Shown here piece after piece: positions 1 through 7,835 of a DNA stretch of 61,784 nt. The stretch's first letter is position 1. Every line of letters begins with the position of its first letter. The position numbers and the translations under genes are program-made. Below the pieces are notes generated by a model. That model made no database searches, had not been told where the DNA came from, and was given only the letters and a program-made list of their open reading frames with translations. The stretch is from Pseudomonadales bacterium (GTDB lineage: Bacteria > Pseudomonadota > Gammaproteobacteria > Pseudomonadales > Azotimanducaceae). Location: assembly GCA_047518105.1 (NCBI GenBank), contig JAKZRQ010000134.1, forward strand, positions 1 through 61,784, read 5' to 3'.

Positions 1-98
1 TCCCTTCGATCAGTCTCTGCTGACGGCGGGTGTACCTTGGATCAGTGCCCTGCTGACGGTGGGTGTCCCTTCGATCAGTCTGCCCAGTGCTGCGGTCA
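1..98. repeat. ~33-bp tandem direct repeat, about three units, running off the left window edge
   Basis: Units read directly: cccttcgatcagtctctgctgacggcgggtgta / ccttggatcagtgccctgctgacggtgggtgtc / ccttcgatcagtctgcccagtgctgcggtcacc. The third unit degenerates into the stop codon (96-98) of minus-strand CDS 96..1688. Confidence 0.7.
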
Positions 99-1688
99 CC
101 TCCGGCTGGTCAGGTAGGTGAGTCGCCCGTCATGTACCTGCAACCCTCTCACAAAGTCGCCAGTCCCACAGCCACCATCGGCCTCGACTCGAAACTCGGG
201 TCCGCCGTGGACTCCGACCTTCGAGAGATCAAACGCGTCATAGAAACCGCGCGAGTGCTGACCTCGGCCAACCACATGGTAGAGCATCAATCGGTTGCCG
301 CGAAATCCAAATCCGCCGATCCCGCCGACATCGTTCACGGTCGCGTCCGGTCCCAGGACACTCCGAAGCCTAGCCAGAGCCGCCACGTCGTAGGCATGGC
401 CGATGTGGTCCACGCGTCTTCCCGGATACGTCTCACCCCGAAGGTGCGGTGGCACTTGAAGGCCAAGATCCTCGGTCGTCGGAAACGCGAACACGATATC
501 GCCCGTGGCAGCGTCGAGAGCCCACACGCGACCGCCATCCTGAAGGGCCAGCCAGTCACCGTTGTTGGACAGGACCATGCTGCCCAAGAGACGACCGGGG
601 ATCGTCCGGGACCACTGATCCGTGCGTTCTGGTCCTCCAGATTCGCCATAGCGCTGGTATCGTGTCTTGACGACCTCGAACTCCTGTCTGTCCGTCGTGC
701 GCCGATCAACAAGGTAGTACGCGACTTCGCTGGACTCGAAATAGACCCGATCCTTGACTGGCCGAAGCGCTCCACCCCTGAGGATGCGTTCCACACGCAC
801 CTGCTGCGCATCGAGAAGGTCCGCCGATGCACCCGGGCGGCGGGGAATGTCGACTGACTCAATCCTGACGACGCGGGCAGGTCGCCCGTCGGTCGGATAG
901 AACCAGTAGTCGCCCCTTGGTGTGTCCTCCAGTTCCTGTGGTGGCCAGAACATGACCTCCGCACCGTCGGTCGAATAGAACGAGACGTAGGGAACCTCGT
1001 AGGCATCAGGCGAACTGAACTCGATGCCCAGATCGTAGTGATGTTCCTCCCCGGCGTCGAGATCCCGCACGACCAGTCGTGATGCCTCCCCCGCCAAGGG
1101 CTCGATCACGTAGAAGGACGAACCGTCCGACGCGACGCCGAACCGCCACGCTTTGTCGTTTTCATAGACGAGTTGTCCGTCCCTATAGATGTGGACGGGC
1201 TCCGGCGCCTCGGGCGGACGAAACACCTTTGAATTCAACCTCAGGTCAGCGAGACCGGCGACCACTGTGCCGTCGGCACGCTTTCCTATCCGGTAGTCGT
1301 TCGGGTCGAAGGGCAGTTCGCCGCCAAACACCGTTCCCCCGCCGTCGAGTACTGCGAACCGGGCACCGGCCTCGCCGGAAAGGACATAGATGGCCGAGTC
1401 GTCGGCATTCCCCAAGCCAGCCGTGAAGTTGCAGTCAGGATTATCGATCACCTCCTCGGGTGAGAACTCCCATGATGGTGACCGTGAGATCACCGGTTCG
1501 ACTGCTTCGATCGCCAATTCAGGCCCCGACGTCGTGCCCACAGCCGGGACTACAGACTCGGGAGCGGAATCCAACGGATCACGGTCCCCGTCCCTTGGCC
1601 ACAGCAGCATGGCCATCGTAGCAGCGACGCATACGACAGCCGCTGCCACGACGCAATCGTGACGACGGGATATTCCCGGTCCGCTCAT
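96..1688 (-). CDS. hypothetical N-terminally membrane-anchored protein (530 aa), possible beta-propeller-like exported domain
   Basis: Long ORF with protein-like composition. Its ATG lies 2 nt after the stop of the M23 ORF. It has an N-terminal hydrophobic helix (VVAAAVVCVAATMAMLLW) and blade-like strings such as RVWALDAATGDIVFAF. I recognise no named family. Confidence 0.7.
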   Translation of the reverse strand: MSGPGISRRHDCVVAAAVVCVAATMAMLLWPRDGDRDPLDSAPESVVPAVGTTSGPELAIEAVEPVISRSPSWEFSPEEVIDNPDCNFTAGLGNADDSAIYVLSGEAGARFAVLDGGGTVFGGELPFDPNDYRIGKRADGTVVAGLADLRLNSKVFRPPEAPEPVHIYRDGQLVYENDKAWRFGVASDGSSFYVIEPLAGEASRLVVRDLDAGEEHHYDLGIEFSSPDAYEVPYVSFYSTDGAEVMFWPPQELEDTPRGDYWFYPTDGRPARVVRIESVDIPRRPGASADLLDAQQVRVERILRGGALRPVKDRVYFESSEVAYYLVDRRTTDRQEFEVVKTRYQRYGESGGPERTDQWSRTIPGRLLGSMVLSNNGDWLALQDGGRVWALDAATGDIVFAFPTTEDLGLQVPPHLRGETYPGRRVDHIGHAYDVAALARLRSVLGPDATVNDVGGIGGFGFRGNRLMLYHVVGRGQHSRGFYDAFDLSKVGVHGGPEFRVEADGGCGTGDFVRGLQVHDGRLTYLTSRR

Positions 1689-1690
1689 TG

Positions 1691-2420
1691 TTAGCAGTCG
1701 TACTCTTGCGTCGGATCCAAATATTGATCGCTAGTTCCCACGTCGTAGTGGAGGTGAGGACGTGTTGAGGCACCGGTGTCATTCACGTCCCCAAGATATT
1801 CACCCACCGAAACCTGATCTCTCAAGCGTACCTGAAGGTTTGGTAGAAGGTGGAGATAGCGGGCGGTCTTGCCGCTCTCGTAGTTGATTTGGACGAAGTT
1901 CCCGCGCGTCAGGGGTCCGGCCCAGTGCTTCTGGCCCTCCGCGAATCCACTGTATGCGGAAACTACAGTACCGTTCTCAGCGGCATACACGGGGGTACCG
2001 GTCGATGCTCCGATATCGATACCTTGTGCGGGCCTTTGTCACGTGGTTCTTGGAAAGCACTCGTGATTGGTGCACTCCAGTTCCCCGTAAGTCCCTGCCA
2101 ACAGTCCAACACGCCGTCCGCGTCGATGTCCCTGGGTGGATTCGGCGACACGTTGGCGAAGTAGCCATCCACTTCCTCGCCCAACGAGTCGAGGTACCCA
2201 TCCTCGACCTCGATCTGGTTCGGGCGGTGATTGATACTGCCGCGTCCGAGGCATGTCGCTCCGTCAGGACACGAACCGCCAGCGTACACATATATACACT
2301 CAACGTTCGGTGGGCACTCCTCCTCTTCGTCGGCCAACGCCCGCCACGGAACCGTCGTGCCGGAGAGGCAGCACGCGACTGTGACAAGAGCGACCGCGAG
2401 AATCCGCGCGCGAGTGTCTC
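1691..2420 (-). pseudogene. M23 (LytM-type) metallopeptidase, frameshifted and without an in-frame canonical start
   Basis: The 3' frame (ORF 1691..1990, open upstream to ~2021) reads GIDIGASTGTPVYAAENGTVV...RPHLHYDV, giving HxxxD and HxH signatures. The 5' part (lipobox-like LVTVAC, Cys-rich linker, ...PRDKGPHK) is in the frame of ORF 1963..2682. The junction CACAAGGTATCGAT needs one extra G to read HKGIDIG. No ATG/GTG/TTG precedes the signal-like segment. Confidence 0.7.
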
Positions 2421-2449
2421 CGCCTGCCCTCGGCGCATGGTTGGAAGCG

Positions 2450-2682
2450 CTATCCCCCCCCGCTCGTCGATCGCCTCGAGCACCCTCGGCGGCGACAGCG
2501 GCAGGTCGTCGATGCGGAACCCTAGCTGGTCCCGGACTGCGTTCGACAGCGCCGCCAACGGGGCCACGATGGGGGTCTCGCCGACGCCGCGCACGCCGTA
2601 GTTGGAACGGGTTCGGCACCTTGCCGCAGATCGGTAGGTCCACGTAGAGCTTGCGCGCCAGTTCATCGATGGCCGACGCCAT
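2450..2682 (-). pseudogene. decayed fragment of a Mo-hydroxylase large-subunit gene (C-terminal ~55 codons joined to a short AIDELARKL piece)
   Basis: 2450-2617 aligns by eye with 5542-5715 (…NPF..YGVRGVGETPIVAPLAALSNAVRDQLGFRIDDLPLSPPRVLEAIDE.GG) with scattered substitutions. 2618-2682 encodes MASAIDELARKLYVDLP, resembling residues encoded near 6630-6660. Confidence 0.8.
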
Positions 2683-2888
2683 GTGGTGGGTTTCCCAATC
2701 GAGTCCGTGTTGTGGGTGTCCCTAATCGGGTGTCCAGTCAAATCCGCTGTCAATCCGTTTGGAATAGTGGATGTCCCTATCGTACCCCCTGGGCGATGTA
2801 GTACCCCCGTCGAGGAGCGGGCGACCGGAGCGGCAGCGACGGGCGGCCGTCGCTCGACGGGAGGCGGATGGGTTGGGCCAGAAGCGAA

Positions 2889-3305
2889 GCGATGGGGCGC
2901 TCGCAGGCCTGGATCACGGCCAAGCCGCGGCCGGCCCCCTCGGGTACCGGCGCCTTGTAGTTCGGGTGCTCCTTGGCGGCCTCCAGGCACGCGCGCAGGC
3001 CGATGGCCGGGAAGCGCGGGCCGTACGGCGCCACGGTGCCCTCGCCCGCCGCGTTCTTGAGCCGGAGGGATGGGTGATCCATGTCCAGCTTGCGCGCCAG
3101 TTCGTCGATGGCGCACTCCATGGCGTGCATCGACTGCGGCGCACCCGGGGCGCGGTAGGCGCAGACCTTGGGCTTGTTGACCAGCACGTCGTTGCCCTCG
3201 ATCACCAGGTTCGGCACCTCGTAGGGCGCCAGCACGGACATGCAGCCGGGGCCGATGGGGTACCGGGAAAGGCGCCGGCCTCATAGGCGAGCCACGCGGA
3301 GGCGA
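2889..3305 (-). pseudogene. decayed internal fragment of a Mo-hydroxylase large-subunit gene with a ~250-bp internal deletion
   Basis: ORF 2777..3241 reads MSVLAPYEVPNLVIEGNDVLVNKPKVCAYRAPGAPQSMHAMECAIDELARKLDMD...GPRFPAIGLRACL.AAKEHPNY. This is nearly identical to the intact gene (6470-6850). It then jumps to AVIQACE (= 6190-6222). Confidence 0.85.
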
Positions 3306-3492
3306 CGTTCTTGTCGGAGTGGCTTCAGTGGGACCACACGGCGGACTTGCCTGTCCTGGTTCACTGCCGTGCCCGAAATCACCGCGAGATCACTTGTGGG
3401 ACGCCAATCGCGTGTGTCCCGAACTCCCCTCGCTCCTCATCCACCGCTCCGAACTCCCCGCTAGCCACCAAGTCCTGCGGCAAATCGGCAAA

Positions 3493-4590
3493 TCAGATGC
3501 CTTGACCGCTCACGGGCGTCCAACCTCGAGACACAATCCACTCCGCCCTGGCAGACGCCTGGCTAAGTACCTCAGGCGAGTGGCGACTCAAGTCCAACCG
3601 AATGCGATGCGCTGGTATGCCTTGCCGTAACGCGTGCTTGGCCCCAGCGATTTCGTACGCTAGCCGGTCGTGTGAGCCGCCGTGATACCTCCTTGCGAGG
3701 TTTGCGTAAGCCCGTGCAACATCGAACTGAGCCAACGCGTTGATGTGAGCCGCGTCACCCAAATAGTAGGCTTGGGCCCACTCGCTACCAAGTCGAGCCG
3801 CAGCAGCCATCAATTCGATTGTCTGTCCATGGGGAAAGCGTCTCTCGTTCTGCGAGTCAGCCGATGGGGATCTCAACGCTCCGATGAAGACCAAGGCTTC
3901 AGCAGGTACAGTTCGACACTTGGATAATCTCCACGATAGCCAGTACCACTGATCTTCGAGATCCTCTCGACGACTGTAGTAGTCCGCTTGGTCCGATGCT
4001 TCCCTATCGAGTCTGGCGATCTCGAAATCCCACTCGCGCTCCAAGTCCGTGATGTCCCTCGTCGCATCGTCCCGAAGTACTGCAATGCATGCCTGATGGA
4101 GCACTGCCAACTTCGCAATCTCGTCTGCAGCGCAGCTTGACTTCAAGTCGTTGCGGATTTGACCATTGGATACGTGACACTCTGGATTGCTCAGTGCTCT
4201 TGCGCTAGCGACTCGTGTGTCCATCGGACTCGAGAACACTTCTCGCCACGTGAGTGGCTTCGAAACGGCGAGAATCGGTTCAGGTCGCCACCTGTCCGCA
4301 GGCGCGTCGAGATACCGAAGTTCCAATGCGGCGAAGCATTCAGGCATCCAATCAATGACTGAGTGACAGAAGTCGGTGATATCCACCTGGTGCTCACCCG
4401 TGTTTTCCTCAATTGGCAGCTCTTTAGACCGTGGTGTTGGTATTTGGTCCGAAACTTGCTGGCCTACCGGCACCTCGGGAGGCGGAGATTCCCGGCGTTC
4501 CTCGAGACACTCAACCGTGAACCATGCCGCGAGGAGCAGAACAACGAACAGCGACGGCCAACCAATCCACTTTACGACTGTGGTAGACAA
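3493..4590 (-). CDS. hypothetical N-terminally membrane-anchored, Cys-containing helical protein (365 aa), partner of the HExxH protein
   Basis: TTG start at 4588-4590 is preceded by GGGAG. It overlaps the stop of the upstream CDS by 19 nt. TM helix WPSLFVVLLLAAWF is present. Low-GC coding sequence. No family recognised. Confidence 0.7.
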   Translation of the reverse strand: MSTTVVKWIGWPSLFVVLLLAAWFTVECLEERRESPPPEVPVGQQVSDQIPTPRSKELPIEENTGEHQVDITDFCHSVIDWMPECFAALELRYLDAPADRWRPEPILAVSKPLTWREVFSSPMDTRVASARALSNPECHVSNGQIRNDLKSSCAADEIAKLAVLHQACIAVLRDDATRDITDLEREWDFEIARLDREASDQADYYSRREDLEDQWYWLSWRLSKCRTVPAEALVFIGALRSPSADSQNERRFPHGQTIELMAAAARLGSEWAQAYYLGDAAHINALAQFDVARAYANLARRYHGGSHDRLAYEIAGAKHALRQGIPAHRIRLDLSRHSPEVLSQASARAEWIVSRGWTPVSGQGI

Positions 4591-5480
4591 TTGGGGCTCC
4601 CGTCTCGATCATGTCGATACGAAGGATGCTGGTAGCCGTAGACGCCAAACGTATCGTAGTAGTGGATGTTCGCTCGACGATCAGTATGCTGTTCATCCGA
4701 TGTTCCGCAGCGACACTGCACCATGTCGAGTACGTGGTAGGCTTCATGTATCAACGTACCAGCCAATACCTGCCAATGCGATATTGGGATGCCTGCATTT
4801 CGCCAACCGGTAACTTCCGTGTCTATGGCTTCCTTGTCTATCACCATGTGAATATCACCGGTTGTGGGATCCTTGTAGGCATGACCTAAGGCACCTTTCG
4901 CATCACCGTAGCCTGTGTGGATTATTGGGCGCATATTGACCGGGAGGGAAGCCACCTCAGAGTCTAGTAACGAAAACACACTCCGATGGCCAGAGGTCAC
5001 GGGATTGGCGGCACAGGACAGGACGGTTTCGGAATCAGCGGCAAAGTCTCCGAGTGATGATGAATCTGTCGCCTCACTCTCGTCCTCGCCGTCCGAAACG
5101 CACGCTCCACCGCAGGCAACACCCCCGCCTCCACCGAAACTGTAGTACTCCGGACAGTCCTCGGGGCGCGAGACAACCAGCCCCGTGTAGGGACAGACGA
5201 CAGTTGTCGGTGTTGGGACGGGGGCAGGTTCCGGCACGGGTGTCCCGGTGACGACTACCTCCTCCACCGGAGTGTAGTCCTCCCAGCGCTCGTCGTTGTT
5301 CCAACAGTCCCCCGCGCGACTGACCAATTCAGCATCGTTCCATGGGTCGGGAGATTGTTGCCAGTGTTCACAGATGCCGCGGCAAATGGTGTTCTCCTCC
5401 AGGGCCTCACATGCTTCATGACCCTCGGTCTGGGCCTCCGACACACCCGCCGACAATACCCACGATGCAGCCAGCGCCAA
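4572..5480 (-). CDS. exported Cys-rich protein with C-terminal HExxH (zincin-like) motif (302 aa as drawn, start uncertain)
   Basis: Contains LIHEAYHVLD. It has 14 Cys, a Pro-rich linker PVPEPAPVPTPTT and a signal-like N-terminus LALAASWVLSAGVSEA. The only in-frame start is TTG at 5480 with no obvious SD. The frame stays open upstream into the Mo-subunit 3' end. Confidence 0.65.
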   Translation of the reverse strand: MALAASWVLSAGVSEAQTEGHEACEALEENTICRGICEHWQQSPDPWNDAELVSRAGDCWNNDERWEDYTPVEEVVVTGTPVPEPAPVPTPTTVVCPYTGLVVSRPEDCPEYYSFGGGGGVACGGACVSDGEDESEATDSSSLGDFAADSETVLSCAANPVTSGHRSVFSLLDSEVASLPVNMRPIIHTGYGDAKGALGHAYKDPTTGDIHMVIDKEAIDTEVTGWRNAGIPISHWQVLAGTLIHEAYHVLDMVQCRCGTSDEQHTDRRANIHYYDTFGVYGYQHPSYRHDRDGSPNCLPQS

Positions 5481-5541
5481 GGCGGCGTAGCTGCCGCTCG
5501 ACCCGAAGCGATGTCGCCGACCGGGAGGGTCGGAAGGAGAG

Positions 5542-7773
5542 CTACTCGCCCCCCCCCTGCTCGTCGATCGCCTCGAGCACCCTCGGCGGTGACAGAGGCA
5601 GGTCGTCGATGCGGAACCCGAGCTGGTCGCGGACCGCGTTGGACAGCGCCGCCAACGGGGCCACGATGGGGGTCTCGCCGACGCCGCGCACGCCGTAGGG
5701 GTGGAACGGGTTCGGCACTTCGATGATCTGGGTGTCGATCATCGGCATGTCCGAGGCCATCGGCACCCGGTAGTCGAGGAAGCCGGGGTTCTCCATGACG
5801 CCGTTGGCGTCGTAGATGTGCTCCTCGTTCAGTGCCCAGCCGAGGCCCTGCACTGCGCCGCCCTGCATCTGGCCTTCGACGTAGGACGGGTGGATGGCCC
5901 GGCCGGCATCCTGGATCGCGGTGAAGCTCAGGATGTCAACCTTGCCAGTCTCCGGGTCCACCTTGGCGTCCGTGAAGTTGCAGGAGAACGATGCGCCTGC
6001 GCCTTGGGCGTTCAGGCTCGCCCGACCGAGAAGCGGCCCGCCCGTCCGGCCAGCGCGACGGGCGATGTCGGCCAGCGACAGCGGCTTCACGTCGGCGTTG
6101 ACGCCCGGCTTCGGTACCGCTTCGCCGTCGTCCCAGTCCACCTGCTCTTCGTCGAGGTCCCAGGTCAGCGCCGCGCGCTGCTTGCATTGGGCGATGATGT
6201 CCTCGCAGGCTTGGATCACCGCCATGCCGGTGGCGAACGTGGTGCGGCTGCCACCGGTGACGTTGCAGAAGCCGGTCGCCTCGGTGTCGCCGACGTGGGC
6301 CTTGATCCGCTCGTAGGGTACGCCCAAGGTCTCGGCCGCCATCAACGCCATGGAGGCGCGGGAACCGCCGATGTCGGGGCTGCCTTCCATCACCGTCACC
6401 ATGCCGTCTTCGGCGATCCGCACTTCGGCGCTCGACTGCATGCCGATGTTGAACCAGAAACCGACGGCGACGCCGCGGCCCGCGCCCTCGGGGATGGGTT
6501 TGCTGTAGTTCGGGTGCTCCTTGGCGGCGTTGAGACACGCGCGCAGACCGATGGCCGGGAAGCGTGGCCCGTAGGGCGCGACCGTGCCCTCGCCGGCGGC
6601 GTTCTTCAGCCGGAGATCGATGGGATCCATGTCGAGCTTGCGCGCCAGTTCGTCGATGGCGCACTCCATGGCATGCATGGACTGCGGCGCGCCGGGGGCG
6701 CGGTAGGCGCAGACCTTGGGCTTGTTGACCAGAACGTCGTTGCCTTCGATGACCAGATTCGGCACTTCGTAGGGTGCCAGCACGGACATGCAACCCGGGC
6801 CGATGGGCGCGCCGGGGAAGGCACCGGCCTCGTAGGCGAGCCAGGCTTGGGCCGCCGTGAACGTGCCGTCGTTCCTGGCGCCGATCTTCACCTTGCACCA
6901 GGTGGCGGAAGTCGGACCGGTGGCCCGGAAGACCTCTTCCCGGCTCATCGTCATCTTCACCGGCCGGCCGGCCATCTGCGACATCTTCACCGCCAACGGT
7001 TCCAGGTAGACGATGGTCTTGCCGCCGAAACCGCCGCCGATCTCGGACGGAATGACCTTGATGTTGCCGACGCTCTGTCCCAGAACCTGGGCGGTCATGG
7101 AACGCACGTCGAAGTGGCCTTGGGTGCAGCACCAGACGGTGGCCTTGCCGTCCTCGTTGACCGTCGCCGTACACGCATGGGGTTCGATGTAGCCCTGGTG
7201 GGCGGTGGGTACCCGGTGTTCGCTCTCGACGATCACGTCCGCTTCGGCGAACCCGGCGTCGATATCGCCGCGCTCGAAGCGCTGGGTGGCGGCGACATTG
7301 CTCGCTGGCTTCGATGCGTCGCCATTGGTGTGCTGGGTCTCGTTGACCAGCGTGGCGCCTTCCGCCATCGCTTGATCCAGGGACAGAACCGGTTCGAGAA
7401 CCTCGTATTCGACATCGATGAGATCGAGCGCCGCTTCCGCCTGGTGCAGGGTCTTCGCGGCTACCGCGGCTACCGCGTGGCCGTGGTAGAGCACCTTGTC
7501 GCGGGCCATGACGTTCTTGCCGAGGTCGCTCACGCCCTCGCCCGGGAAATCCGCTCCGGATACAGCGGCCATCACGCCGTCGGCCGCCCGTGCGCGGCTC
7601 AGGTCCACGCTCTTGACCCGGGCGTGGGCGTGGGGGCTGCGCAACACCTTGCCATGCAGCATGTTCGGCAAATTGAGATCCGCGCCGAATGCTGCCCGGC
7701 CGGTTACCTTGTCGATGCCATCGGGTCGTACCGGCCGAGTGCCGATTGCCTTGAAATCTACCGCTTCTGCCAC
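5542..7773 (-). CDS. xanthine dehydrogenase family molybdopterin-binding large subunit (aldehyde oxidoreductase-like, 743 aa)
   Basis: GTG at 7771-7773 lies 7 nt after AAGGAG. Sequence reads VAEAVDFKAIGTRPVRPDGIDKVTGRAAFGADL...GGGFGGK...CAYRAPGAPQ...GVGETPIVAP. The rest of the 1133-aa ORF upstream is out-of-frame read-through. Confidence 0.9.
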   Translation of the reverse strand: MAEAVDFKAIGTRPVRPDGIDKVTGRAAFGADLNLPNMLHGKVLRSPHAHARVKSVDLSRARAADGVMAAVSGADFPGEGVSDLGKNVMARDKVLYHGHAVAAVAAKTLHQAEAALDLIDVEYEVLEPVLSLDQAMAEGATLVNETQHTNGDASKPASNVAATQRFERGDIDAGFAEADVIVESEHRVPTAHQGYIEPHACTATVNEDGKATVWCCTQGHFDVRSMTAQVLGQSVGNIKVIPSEIGGGFGGKTIVYLEPLAVKMSQMAGRPVKMTMSREEVFRATGPTSATWCKVKIGARNDGTFTAAQAWLAYEAGAFPGAPIGPGCMSVLAPYEVPNLVIEGNDVLVNKPKVCAYRAPGAPQSMHAMECAIDELARKLDMDPIDLRLKNAAGEGTVAPYGPRFPAIGLRACLNAAKEHPNYSKPIPEGAGRGVAVGFWFNIGMQSSAEVRIAEDGMVTVMEGSPDIGGSRASMALMAAETLGVPYERIKAHVGDTEATGFCNVTGGSRTTFATGMAVIQACEDIIAQCKQRAALTWDLDEEQVDWDDGEAVPKPGVNADVKPLSLADIARRAGRTGGPLLGRASLNAQGAGASFSCNFTDAKVDPETGKVDILSFTAIQDAGRAIHPSYVEGQMQGGAVQGLGWALNEEHIYDANGVMENPGFLDYRVPMASDMPMIDTQIIEVPNPFHPYGVRGVGETPIVAPLAALSNAVRDQLGFRIDDLPLSPPRVLEAIDEQGGGE

Positions 7774-7835
7774 CTGTCGTCTCCTTACCTTAGGATCAGT
7801 CTCTTGGTTGTTCGTGCCTCTCGATGCGTGCTGGC

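Noticed and set aside
63-857. Plus-strand ORFs at the left edge (63..857 and others) opposite the 530-aa gene
   Set aside because: They overlap a longer minus-strand ORF that has more protein-like composition and operon context. They have no motifs.
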